30,470 bases of DNA from Promethearchaeia archaeon. GTDB taxonomy: Archaea; Asgardarchaeota; Lokiarchaeia; Sigyniarchaeales; SOKP01. This document shows, one piece after another, positions 7,940 to 17,332 of the stretch. The notes below the pieces were generated by a model, which saw nothing but the letters and a program-made list of their open reading frames with translations, was not told the origin of the DNA and did no database searches. Every line of letters starts with the position of its first letter. Position 1 is the first letter of the stretch. The stretch lies in the NCBI GenBank assembly GCA_046497275.1, contig JAWOFX010000115.1, forward strand, positions 1 to 30,470, given 5' to 3'. A program made the translations under genes and the position numbers.

Positions 7940-9919
7940 ATGGGTTCCGACAAAAAGATTTCTGAAACTTTGGAAAAACAATTAAAAGCGATAGGGCAGA
8001 AAATCAGATTAGATCTGTTAAAAAATTTACATCTTTCTGATACGGCCTTATCATTCTCAGATCTTCAAAAATCAATAATGCTCTCAGAGTCTAATTCTGT
8101 TAATCTTACATTTCATCTGAATTCGCTTAAAGAGGCTAAGTTAATATGGGCGAGTAAAGAAGGGTATCATATAACAGATATTGGAAAGCAAATACTTGAG
8201 AAAGTAATAGATATCGAACACATCATAAATAAAAAAAATAAGAATTTAGTTATCAGAACTTCTAAATATTCAACTGAACCCTTCAATATAAAAAACGTTA
8301 AAGAATATTTGATGCGAGAAGCAGATATGGATCCTTTTCTTGCAGATCAAATGGCTAAACTTGTGGAAAAAAGATTATCAGAGACAAACGTTGAGTATCT
8401 AACTGCCCCTCTAATGAGAGAGTATATTAATGCTATTTTATTAGAAGAAGGTCTTGAAGAATTTCGACATAAATTAACTCGATTAGGAATCCCTCCCTAT
8501 GATGCTGAAAAGTTATTTGATATGAATTCTGTAGAACCTATGGATTATATTAAAAAGTTAGGTTCAGAAAGTTCTGAGCAATTTCTCTTGTTAAATTTAT
8601 TACCGAAAAAGCTCGCTGATCTTTATTTATCTAATAAAATCGCTTTATTAAATTTGAATACATGGTCGCTGAGGCCCTTGAGTATTTTTTTGAATTTTGA
8701 GACGATTCTTAATAACTCATCTCAACACATTCAAGACCCTTCTTTAGATTATACAAAATCACATAATAGAGCTTTAAATATTTACTATTTTCTTCAAGGA
8801 TTAGCGCCTTTTTTTTCTAATAATGTATTACTCTATAATTTTGCCTCTCTATCCTCCTACATTAAAAATAATGCGGACTTGACTATTTTTATAAATACTT
8901 TTCTTTCTCTTGTTCGATGCTTAAATAAATCTTTTCAATCGAAACATGCATTTTCTTTGACTAATTCAAAATTACAGCAAGACTCTCAACCTTCAATTTT
9001 TCATAGAATTGTTTTAGAATTAAAGGATTATTTAGATAAATCTAATCGAACTCATAATAGCTTTTTAAATTTAATGCCACAAATATTAATTGATTATACC
9101 TCTGTAGATAAGAAAGATATCGAATATTTTTTTAATTCACTATTCCTTAAATATGGCTCACCAATTTTTTTTGATGGGACACAAAGCTTAATTAATTCTG
9201 ATTTAATTAGTTCAAGCAAAGAGATTTTATCATTTCCAGGGGAAATAGTTTTAGATAAGGTTTTAATTAATCTCTATTCTATTGCTCAAGAATCAAATCG
9301 AAATGATTCAGTATTTTTTGAAATATTGAATCAACGTGTAAATTCTGTTTTTTCCTTATATGACTATAAAAAAAAATTTGTAGAAAGAAAATTAAAAAAT
9401 TCGAGTTTATGGAATAAATTTCTTGAAAATTTTTTGAATTTTAATAAGAATGAATGGACCTTGAGATCAATTAAATCAATAAGTTTCCTTGGACTTAATG
9501 AAGCTGTAAAATCTCATTGTGGAATTGAACTTGACAGAATAGAATCGAGTCAAAAATTTGCTTTCAAAATTCTAAACACGATGAAAGAGATAATCACAGA
9601 AAGGAATTCTCTCTATAATGAGAAGTTTTGTTTATCTCAACCTCACCAGGGATCTTATTTGCAAAGTATTGATGATGGATATAATGAATCTATTGACTTA
9701 GATATTAATACTGAAAACAATCTGAGTTTGCTTATACGGAAAAGTTCAAAATTAACATTAGATGAAAAAATAGCCATTTATAGAAAATTTAGTAAAGTAA
9801 TAGATGGGGGGTTTTTAGTTTCAGTGAATGATGAATATTCAGAACCTAAAAAGGCTCAACAATTATTTAAGACTATAATGGACTCAAAACTCCTTGCTTT
9901 TAATATTTGTTACAATTAA
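7940..9919 (+). CDS. Winged-HTH (ArsR-like) + ATP-cone + degenerate class III ribonucleotide reductase (NrdD)-like fusion protein
   Basis: N-terminal wHTH (RLDLLKNL..LSFSDLQ..LTFHLNSLKEAKLI..GYHITDIGKQIL), ATP cone (VIRTSK..EPFN..LTAPLMREYINAILLEEG), NrdD-like core segments (SISFLGLNEAV, FAFKILNTM, RKFSKVIDGG). No C-terminal Zn/glycyl-radical domain. Confidence 0.75.
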   Translation: MGSDKKISETLEKQLKAIGQKIRLDLLKNLHLSDTALSFSDLQKSIMLSESNSVNLTFHLNSLKEAKLIWASKEGYHITDIGKQILEKVIDIEHIINKKNKNLVIRTSKYSTEPFNIKNVKEYLMREADMDPFLADQMAKLVEKRLSETNVEYLTAPLMREYINAILLEEGLEEFRHKLTRLGIPPYDAEKLFDMNSVEPMDYIKKLGSESSEQFLLLNLLPKKLADLYLSNKIALLNLNTWSLRPLSIFLNFETILNNSSQHIQDPSLDYTKSHNRALNIYYFLQGLAPFFSNNVLLYNFASLSSYIKNNADLTIFINTFLSLVRCLNKSFQSKHAFSLTNSKLQQDSQPSIFHRIVLELKDYLDKSNRTHNSFLNLMPQILIDYTSVDKKDIEYFFNSLFLKYGSPIFFDGTQSLINSDLISSSKEILSFPGEIVLDKVLINLYSIAQESNRNDSVFFEILNQRVNSVFSLYDYKKKFVERKLKNSSLWNKFLENFLNFNKNEWTLRSIKSISFLGLNEAVKSHCGIELDRIESSQKFAFKILNTMKEIITERNSLYNEKFCLSQPHQGSYLQSIDDGYNESIDLDINTENNLSLLIRKSSKLTLDEKIAIYRKFSKVIDGGFLVSVNDEYSEPKKAQQLFKTIMDSKLLAFNICYN

Positions 9920-9943
9920 AATATTTAATAATAGAGATGGATT

Positions 9944-10867
9944 TTATTCCTCACTCATCAATTCGGCAAGGATTGCTTTTCTCATATGTAACCCATAACC
10001 TGTTTGCTTAAAGTATACTGCTTTTTCAGATTCATCAATGGTTGGCGCAATTTCATTTATCCTAGGTAATGGATGCAATAATTTGAAAACCTCTTTAGTC
10101 GATTTCAGATCTTTACGATTAAATACATAAAAACTTTTCACCCGTTCATACTCTTCTAAGTCCGCGAAACGTTCTTTTTGAATCCTGGTTACATATAAGA
10201 CATCTAAAATATCTAATATTTTTCTATAATTCGTTAATTCTTTAAATTTCATTCTCCTCTGTTGATAAAGATAATCTTTATATCTACCCCGCATTTTCAA
10301 TTCATCCGGGCTAATAAAATAAACATTCACCTCAAAATTTGATAATAACATCGCTAGAGAGTGGACGGTTCTCCCGTATTTTAAGTCACCCATAATCCCT
10401 ATATGAAGCCCATCCAATGTGCCAACTTCTTCCCTAATCGTTAATAAATCCAATAAAGCTTGTGTTGGGTGTTCTTTACTTCCTGATCCGGCGTTGATAA
10501 TGGGAATTTGAGCAAATCTAGCTGCCATTTTCGCAGATCCTTCCATGGGATGACGAATGACAATACAATCACTATAATTTTCAACAGTTCTAATAGTATC
10601 AGCCAAACTTTCTCCTTTTTTTATAGATGATACATCTCCAGACTGGAATCCGATCACGCTCCCGCCTAATCTATGCATAGCAGACTCAAAACTCAATCTG
10701 GTTCGAGTAGATGGTTCAAAAAAAAGGGTCGCTAAAATCTTTCCTGCAAGAATATTTGAATTCTTAACCTCGATCATTTTATGGCCTTTTTCTAGCAAAT
10801 ATTCAATATCCTCTCTATTGAAGTCTCGAGCACTAATTATTCCCTCTTTAAATTTCTCTCTAAACAT
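9944..10867 (-). CDS. pyrB: Aspartate carbamoyltransferase catalytic subunit
   Basis: FFEPSTRTRLSF, KKGESLADT, INAGSGSKEHPTQALLDL, YVTRIQKERF, HPLPR. Confidence 0.98.
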   Translation of the reverse strand: MFREKFKEGIISARDFNREDIEYLLEKGHKMIEVKNSNILAGKILATLFFEPSTRTRLSFESAMHRLGGSVIGFQSGDVSSIKKGESLADTIRTVENYSDCIVIRHPMEGSAKMAARFAQIPIINAGSGSKEHPTQALLDLLTIREEVGTLDGLHIGIMGDLKYGRTVHSLAMLLSNFEVNVYFISPDELKMRGRYKDYLYQQRRMKFKELTNYRKILDILDVLYVTRIQKERFADLEEYERVKSFYVFNRKDLKSTKEVFKLLHPLPRINEIAPTIDESEKAVYFKQTGYGLHMRKAILAELMSEE

Positions 10868-11111
10868 ATATCTAAAACCTTTTTTTAATATTATAATTAT
10901 TATTTTTTTAATTCTAATAATATTTTTTATTATTCTGTTAAATTATTCATATTTAACAATAATTATTTGTCTCGAAATTGGTATTGAATAGTCAGATCAT
11001 TTTATATAAATGCATTTTAGTACAACTAGAATTAAAGGAACTAAGAAAATTTAAAATCTATAAATCACTATAAATACTAAGTTTAACAATTATAATAATT
11101 GAGATAGAACT

Positions 11112-11393
11112 ATGAAATTTCCTAAAGAAGTAAATAGATACTGTCCAAATTGCCACAAACATACTCGACATTCCGTGAGTAAATATAAAGCGGGAAAGGA
11201 ACGAAAGCTTAATCACGGAAGAAGACGAGTTGAAAGGAAGAAGAAAGGATATGGCTCCTTTCCAAAAGAAATCTTCCATAAAAATGCCAAAATCAATAAA
11301 AAAACGGTCCCGATATTTGAATGTAGTGAATGTGGAAAGAAACATTACGGGAAATCTTATAGAGTTAAAAAATTTGAATTGCAACAAGTTTAA
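11112..11393 (+). CDS. rpl44e: 50S ribosomal protein L44e (eL42)
   Basis: RYCPNCHKHTRHSV..GRRR..KKGYGS..IFECSECGKKH. Confidence 0.95.
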   Translation: MKFPKEVNRYCPNCHKHTRHSVSKYKAGKERKLNHGRRRVERKKKGYGSFPKEIFHKNAKINKKTVPIFECSECGKKHYGKSYRVKKFELQQV

Positions 11394-11449
11394 GTTCTAT
11401 CCATTAAATGTAAATAATATAAATAAAAAACAGAGTTTAGTTGTCAAAA

Positions 11450-11656
11450 ATGCCTCAAAAGAAAAAGTTGAAAGAATTAATCCCTCAACCACAAAGTAGA
11501 TTTCTAAGGGTTAAATGTCTGAACTGTGGAAACCAGCAAGTTATTTTTGGATGTGCTGCCACAGATGTTGAGTGTTTAGTATGCGGAAAAACGCTTCTTC
11601 AATCTACTGGTGGAAAGGCTCGTATTCTTACTAAAATTTTAGAAGTTCTTTCTTAA
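11450..11656 (+). CDS. rps27e: 30S ribosomal protein S27e
   Basis: [47 protein letters not shown] 11450 is preferred over TTG 11441. Confidence 0.96.
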   Translation: MPQKKKLKELIPQPQSRFLRVKCLNCGNQQVIFGCAATDVECLVCGKTLLQSTGGKARILTKILEVLS

Positions 11657-11672
11657 AAACTACCATCTAGTT

Positions 11673-12032
11673 TTAAATTATCTTAACATTTTCTAAAGGT
11701 ATCCACCCTGCTTTATTAGCTTTGTTTGAAACCCAAATCCATTCACTTTCTTCGAATTCAATTATAAATTCTTCACCTTTCTTAACATTTAGTTCAATAG
11801 CATAATAATCTCTGAGTGCTGTCGCCTGAAGCTTTTCTCTGTCTATTTCTAGAAAATATTCTGGAATCCATCCTACATTTTCTTGCTTAGTTTTACACCA
11901 AACCCAACCTATCCAATTAGTTTCTCTAAACTCTACTTCCATTGTTTCTCCCTCTTTAACTCTGATTGGATCAGAAGTAGATGCTTTATAGTCTTTAATT
12001 ACTACACATTTTTTTTTAGACAAGTTCTTCAT
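11673..12032 (-). CDS. Tandem SH3-domain protein
   Basis: Two repeats of the SH3 pattern: VIKDY..IRVKEGE..GWVW..GWIPEYFL and ALRDY..ELNVKKGE..EWIW..GWIPLENV. Confidence 0.85.
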   Translation of the reverse strand: MKNLSKKKCVVIKDYKASTSDPIRVKEGETMEVEFRETNWIGWVWCKTKQENVGWIPEYFLEIDREKLQATALRDYYAIELNVKKGEEFIIEFEESEWIWVSNKANKAGWIPLENVKII

Positions 12033-12060
12033 AAGAAATTATATAGTTTTTTTAAATGTT

Positions 12061-12080
12061 CGTGAAACAACTCTTTCACG
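12061..12080. promoter_or_regulatory. Perfect 7-6-7 palindrome, candidate operator of the SH3 gene
   Basis: CGTGAAA-CAACTC-TTTCACG lies between a TATATA element (about 12089-94) and the SH3 start codon at 12032. Confidence 0.45.
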
Positions 12081-12152
12081 TCTGAACCTATATATCAGAA
12101 AAATATCTGGATATTATGAGAATGAAGTAAAGTTAGCAAATGATCTAGGATA

Positions 12153-12491
12153 TTAATATTCTCTCCACGTTTTCTTACATTTTAAACAGCGGAAAAAAGT
12201 TGTACTTGGTTCATCCGCACTTCTCGTCTGTTCCTGCCACGTTTCTGCTTCATTAAATCCGCATTTTGGGCATATTCTCGATACAATTGGGTGAACTGAT
12301 ATTTTATCATCTTGATTGACTACAATTAGGTTTTCTTCAAGTTTCTTTTTCTTCTTCGCAATTATTTTTTGTTTTTTTACATCATCAGGTTCCAATTTTC
12401 TTTCGTATCCGCATCTGCAAAATAGATATGATGTTCCATTTTTCGTTCTTTTTCTGAGTAATCCACCGCAATCTGGACAAAACTCTACCAT
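12153..12491 (-). CDS. tfs: Transcription factor S (TFS, RpoM/TFIIS-like)
   Basis: FCPDCG..C.CGY and CPKCG..QTRSADEP.TTFFRC.KC with the acidic hairpin intact. Confidence 0.96.
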   Translation of the reverse strand: MVEFCPDCGGLLRKRTKNGTSYLFCRCGYERKLEPDDVKKQKIIAKKKKKLEENLIVVNQDDKISVHPIVSRICPKCGFNEAETWQEQTRSADEPSTTFFRCLKCKKTWREY

Positions 12492-12506
12492 CTTCCTATT
12501 AATAAT

Positions 12507-12830
12507 TTACTTTTCAAGCAGTTCTTTCTTTAACTCATATAGTTTTCGGTAATATTTGAAGTTCAGTTTATTCATATCTTGAATTATTTGAGCATCAATT
12601 ACCTTTTCACCACTTGTTTTTATGCGTAATTCACCTATCACATTTATTAAATCTCCTTCATCAAATTTTAATTCCATATCTTTTAATTTCACGGGGATTT
12701 GTCCAGATTTATCGTCTAAGACGAAGGAGCTCTCATCCCCGATATCCTTAATATAACCTGTTATTTGAATCTTTAAATCCTCATTCTGAATATCGTTTAT
12801 AATTCTCTGTTTTGCAAATTGATTTTCCAT
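12507..12830 (-). CDS. Single OB-fold protein, RPA14/RPA3-like replication protein A small subunit
   Basis: IQITGYI..FVLDDKSGQI..GDLINVIG..IDAQIIQDM followed by a C-terminal helix; replication-gene context. Confidence 0.7.
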   Translation of the reverse strand: MENQFAKQRIINDIQNEDLKIQITGYIKDIGDESSFVLDDKSGQIPVKLKDMELKFDEGDLINVIGELRIKTSGEKVIDAQIIQDMNKLNFKYYRKLYELKKELLEK

Positions 12831-13027
12831 GTTAACTCATCTTGGTTTAATTATTAACTTCCAATTAGATAATAATAATAATAGTTATTAAATAAAAGTT
12901 CAATATAAATAATTAGATACAGAATTTTTAGTAAAAGATTATTAAATCAGTAATATCAAACTTATTAATTAAAAAAATCTTATTTCCTATTATTATTTGA
13001 AATAAAACCGAATTATGGAGCAGTAAT

Positions 13028-13831
13028 ATGACTTTTAAGTTAAAATTAGAAAATAGTCGGATTTTGAAAGGGATCGTAGAAACATTATCATCTATCATTG
13101 ATGAGACGGAATTTATGGTAACTCCCGATGAATTTACCATAACGGCTATGGATCCAAGCCGAATTTGTCTACTTAAGCTAACCATCAAAAACGAAGATTT
13201 TGATGAATATGAATGTCAAGAGGATACTAAAGTGGGTTTAAATTTAGACGATTTAGATAAAATATTGAAGAGAAGTGCAACAAATGATTCCATTGAAATT
13301 GATTTTAAAAAGAGTGATAATAAAATTAAAATTGTAATGCAACGAGAGGGAATGACTCGTTCTAGAACCTTTAGTTTAGCACTTTTAGATATTGATATTG
13401 AAGAGATTCCCATGGACAATTTACTGGCAATTGAATATCCTTCCTCTTGGGTAATAGATCCTGAATTTTTGGTTGAGGCGATTAAGGATGCTGAAATATA
13501 TTCGGAGATATTAAATCTTAAATCTGAAGAAGGAAAAGGGTTAACATTTAGTTCCTCTGGTCAAATAGGAGAGATGGTATATAGTCTGGGAGTTGAAGAT
13601 TTAATTGAAACAGAGATCACTGGTACAAGTACGGGAGCATATAGTTTAACATTTTTAAAAGCAATACTTAAAATAGCCTCAATTACAGAGAAACTTGAAA
13701 TTTCACTAAAAACTGACCATCCCCTTAAAATGATTTTTAATCTACTTGAAGGAGGAGAATTAAATTATTTTCTAGCTCCACGAGTAGAAGAGGCTGAGTT
13801 TGACGAAGACGAAGACATGGATGAGTTTTAA
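13028..13831 (+). CDS. pcn: DNA polymerase sliding clamp PCNA with acidic C-terminal tail
   Basis: TAMDPSRICLLKL, GLNLDDLDKILKR, YSLTFLKAILK, YFLAPRVE. Confidence 0.96.
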   Translation: MTFKLKLENSRILKGIVETLSSIIDETEFMVTPDEFTITAMDPSRICLLKLTIKNEDFDEYECQEDTKVGLNLDDLDKILKRSATNDSIEIDFKKSDNKIKIVMQREGMTRSRTFSLALLDIDIEEIPMDNLLAIEYPSSWVIDPEFLVEAIKDAEIYSEILNLKSEEGKGLTFSSSGQIGEMVYSLGVEDLIETEITGTSTGAYSLTFLKAILKIASITEKLEISLKTDHPLKMIFNLLEGGELNYFLAPRVEEAEFDEDEDMDEF

Positions 13832-13954
13832 TATCCCAATTTAACATATCATCTATATTTTAGTAATTCTCTTAACTCCCATTTTATTTAGTTGTAATAT
13901 TTTTTTATTTTACAATAACCATTTTCTCATTAAAGATATGAGGTATAGAAAGAT

Positions 13955-15130
13955 ATGATGAGTTCGGAATCAATTTCTCCAGAATTAATTCAGCATTATC
14001 CATGGCTTCCTTCATTAAAGAAGGTATATGAAGATATCGGCAATCAAGATCCGTTAAAATTTACGATGAACGTTCTTTCAAAACAAAAGAATAATCTTAA
14101 AGAGAGAATCTTAAACCTCTTTGAAGCAGTATTCAATAATATTGAATTTATAGAGAATTATCAAATTGATGAAACAAATATTTATCTCTACTTAATGTTA
14201 AGAATTTTATTATTCATCCTTAATAATGATATTTTAACCAATCGAATAGCAAATTTATATTCGAAAATCCAATATGATGAACTATTAGATGAAAATGATT
14301 TTAATCTTTACAAAATCCTCCAAGATCTAAATTTAGATATTAAATATTACCAAAATCCTATTCAATACCGTGTAAATAAAATAAAGGATCAAACAGAAAT
14401 ACAAAAAACAAATTTCCGAATTCACTATATTGATTATTTAAAACTATCTTCAAATTTGAGGGATGAGTATAGAAAATTAGTTAATAATCCCCTTTCAGAG
14501 GGGTATGTCTTTATTCTAAAAAGAAGATTAGTACGTCTTCTTCAAGAATACGTCCGTGGTAAATTTTTGGAGTTAAAAGAAAAAGATAAACAAAATCTTG
14601 AGCTACTTAAGTCTAAACTGCTCGAGATTGAAGAATTTGAACATATTTATAATATAATTAAAAATCAATGGGAATTAATTAAGGAGGAATACGATTATTC
14701 AATTGATTTTAAATTTAAGGAAGGAGCAGAGATATCAACCATCTTTCCTCCATGTGTGAAAAATATACTTTCTCAAGCGAAGGAAGGACAAAATTTAACT
14801 CATAATGAAAGGTTGTTTCTAACATTTTTTTTACATGCATTAGAATATCCTGTTGAAAAAATAGTTGATATCTTTTCTACTTTGCCAGATTTTGACAGAG
14901 ATAAAACCACTTACCAAGTAGAGTTTGCAAAAAAGAAAGGTTACGATCCTCATTCATGTGAAACCTTAAAGTCATTAAGTTTATGTAAGGCAGAAAAATA
15001 TAAAGATGAATTATGTTTAAAGGGATATTACTCCAAAAAATTAGATAAGACAAGAAAGATTAGACATCCACTTTTTTATGTAAGTTTTAATCAATTTAAA
15101 TTGTCCAAAGATAAAAATGACCGATCATAA
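13955..15130 (+). CDS. priL: DNA primase large subunit
   Basis: HYPWLPS N-terminus, FPPCV..LTHNERLFL, 4Fe-4S Cys set (PPC, HSC, SLC, ELC), RHPL. Confidence 0.93.
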   Translation: MMSSESISPELIQHYPWLPSLKKVYEDIGNQDPLKFTMNVLSKQKNNLKERILNLFEAVFNNIEFIENYQIDETNIYLYLMLRILLFILNNDILTNRIANLYSKIQYDELLDENDFNLYKILQDLNLDIKYYQNPIQYRVNKIKDQTEIQKTNFRIHYIDYLKLSSNLRDEYRKLVNNPLSEGYVFILKRRLVRLLQEYVRGKFLELKEKDKQNLELLKSKLLEIEEFEHIYNIIKNQWELIKEEYDYSIDFKFKEGAEISTIFPPCVKNILSQAKEGQNLTHNERLFLTFFLHALEYPVEKIVDIFSTLPDFDRDKTTYQVEFAKKKGYDPHSCETLKSLSLCKAEKYKDELCLKGYYSKKLDKTRKIRHPLFYVSFNQFKLSKDKNDRS

Positions 15131-16391
15131 GTTTTTAAAACGTCTTTTTCAAGCCTACTATAGAGAAAATAAGGAAAAAATTCCATTAATTAGTTCTTTT
15201 ACTCAACGAGAATTCGGCTTTATCCCATGGAAAGAAGAGACTATGATGATACGGCATATAGGATTTAATGATATAGATGGGCTAAAAACGTATTTTATTA
15301 ATAACGCTCCAAGACATGCATATTCAAGTGGATCATTATATCTCATGCCTGAGAATTCGGATATGGATCAAAAGCAATATATCGGATGCGATTTGATAGT
15401 AGATATTGATGTTGACCATTTTTATACGCCATGTAAAGAAGATCATGATATATGGATTTGTAAAGACTGCGATACTATTGGAAAAGGGATGACGAAAAAA
15501 TGTGATAAATGTGGAAGTTTAAAGCTTAAAACAATTAATTGGATATGTGATGAGTGTTTAGATAGCGCTAAAAATGAGATTAAAAAATTAATATATGATT
15601 TTCTCATTCCTGATTTTGCGATACAACCAGAAGAAATGCATATTGCCTTCTCTGGACACAGAGGCTATCATTTAAAGGTTGAAAATAAAAGAATTAGAAC
15701 TCTCGATAGCGACCAAAGAAGAGAAATTGTAGATTATTTGACAGGTCATAACATTTCTTTTGAAATCCTTGGGTTGGAAAAAAGAGCCTTAAATATTTAC
15801 GGACTAATCCGTGAAAATTTAGACTGGTCCAGAAAAATAATAAATAAAATGATCAATATGCTTCAAACCTATTCTGATGAGCAGTTAACAAATTTTTTAA
15901 AAAGAATTGGATTGAATTCGAATGTGATAAAAAGTTTCTTAAATTCTAAAGACAATTTTTTATATACCCTTAAAGTTGATGATCATAACTTATGGAGCAT
16001 AGAGGGCTTTGATATAATCACATGGAAGAAATTTTTAAGGGGTATTGTTGATGAAGTGGGTGTGGAATTAGATGAACCAGTCACTATTGATATTCACAGA
16101 TTAATCCGATATCCGGGGACTTTACATGGAAAAACAGGATTTAAGGTTCAAGAATTACTAATTGACGAATTAGAAGCATTTAATCCCTTAAATGAGACGA
16201 GAGATGATCTAGATCCTATTATTTTCAGGAGTTCTGAAAATACACATAAAATAAAAATTATTGAAGATAAAGTCCCCCAAACCAGAATAAAAGGAGAGAC
16301 ATACGGTCCTTATGAAAATGGTGAGATTGTTGAAGTTCCAAATCATATTGCAATCTTTCTCTTATGTAAAGAGGTTGCTGTGTTAGAATAA
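15117..16391 (+). CDS. priS: DNA primase catalytic (small) subunit with Zn-ribbon insertion
   Basis: REFGF, DLIVDIDVD, FSGHRGYHL, DEPVTIDIHRLIRYPGTLHGKTG; overlaps priL by 14 nt. Confidence 0.95.
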   Translation: MTDHKFLKRLFQAYYRENKEKIPLISSFTQREFGFIPWKEETMMIRHIGFNDIDGLKTYFINNAPRHAYSSGSLYLMPENSDMDQKQYIGCDLIVDIDVDHFYTPCKEDHDIWICKDCDTIGKGMTKKCDKCGSLKLKTINWICDECLDSAKNEIKKLIYDFLIPDFAIQPEEMHIAFSGHRGYHLKVENKRIRTLDSDQRREIVDYLTGHNISFEILGLEKRALNIYGLIRENLDWSRKIINKMINMLQTYSDEQLTNFLKRIGLNSNVIKSFLNSKDNFLYTLKVDDHNLWSIEGFDIITWKKFLRGIVDEVGVELDEPVTIDIHRLIRYPGTLHGKTGFKVQELLIDELEAFNPLNETRDDLDPIIFRSSENTHKIKIIEDKVPQTRIKGETYGPYENGEIVEVPNHIAIFLLCKEVAVLE

Positions 16392-16451
16392 TTAATAATA
16401 AATTAGTATAAACACTTAATTATTGTATTAGTAATAAATAATTACGATTTT

Positions 16452-17129
16452 ATGAATCTCCTAAAAGAATACAAAAACTTATATGATCATTGGCTTGAAG
16501 AATTTCAAAAAGAAGAGTTAACCGTTTTTTCGCAGAATATCTTTGCAGATTATAAGAAGTTTTTGGAATTCATAAAAAATTTCGAAGTAAAGGAAAAAAA
16601 TGAGATAAAAAAAGAAATTATTGAGACATACAAGCAGAATGTGAAGTTCTTATTTGATGATATTTTAAAAATGCGAGAAATTAAAATAATTAATTCTGCC
16701 TTAACCCTTAAAGAACTTGATATCGACTCATTATTTGAAGCAGAAAAGTTATTTTTCCAAAATTTGGTCGCATCGATTAAAGGATTTCAAAAAGTTAAGT
16801 CTCTCTCGATTAATGAGGATGATAAGATATTCACATTCCCAGAAATTAAATCGGTTATTAATAAGGAGAAGTTAGAAGATGATCAAGCAAAACCTATAGA
16901 AAAAAATTTAAAAGAGACATTAAAAGATGAGAATATTAAAGAGAAATCTGAAATGCACGAGCAAATTTCTTATAAGGTGATTAGATTTATAAAAAACACT
17001 CCTGCATTAGTGGGTATAGATCTTTTAAATTATGGGCCTTTTAAGAAAGAAGATATCGCAAATATACCCCAAGAAAACGCAAAAATACTCGTAAATGAGA
17101 AACTAGCAGAATATATTGAAATAGATTAG
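16452..17129 (+). CDS. GINS complex subunit, Gins15/Gins51 type
   Basis: Helical A domain plus C-terminal B domain (IRFIKNTPALVGIDLLNYGPFKKEDIANIP.ENA); follows priS. Confidence 0.85.
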   Translation: MNLLKEYKNLYDHWLEEFQKEELTVFSQNIFADYKKFLEFIKNFEVKEKNEIKKEIIETYKQNVKFLFDDILKMREIKIINSALTLKELDIDSLFEAEKLFFQNLVASIKGFQKVKSLSINEDDKIFTFPEIKSVINKEKLEDDQAKPIEKNLKETLKDENIKEKSEMHEQISYKVIRFIKNTPALVGIDLLNYGPFKKEDIANIPQENAKILVNEKLAEYIEID

Positions 17130-17317
17130 CTTTTTCCAAATCTTTCCTTAAATTCTTCCTTAAAATATTTGATTCTGTATTTTTGATATTTATCGATTGG
17201 AGAATATTTTGGTGGCCACGGATTAATTAATTCTCCACCGCAGTATCTACATTTCAACTCCGGATTCTTTAATCCATATCTTCCACAATCCTTACATTTT
17301 TTTAAATATCGTGTCAT
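17126..17317 (-). CDS. nop10: H/ACA RNP protein Nop10
   Basis: KKCKDCGRY.L..C.YCGG..PPKYSP.DKY.KYR; downstream of aIF2-alpha. Confidence 0.93.
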   Translation of the reverse strand: MTRYLKKCKDCGRYGLKNPELKCRYCGGELINPWPPKYSPIDKYQKYRIKYFKEEFKERFGKS

Positions 17318-17332
17318 TTTTCGAAATATATA

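Noticed and set aside
12831-13027. Replication origin in the AT-rich spacer among replication genes
   Set aside because: No ORB-like repeats with G-strings and no adjacent orc1/cdc6. The spacer is explained by divergent promoters.
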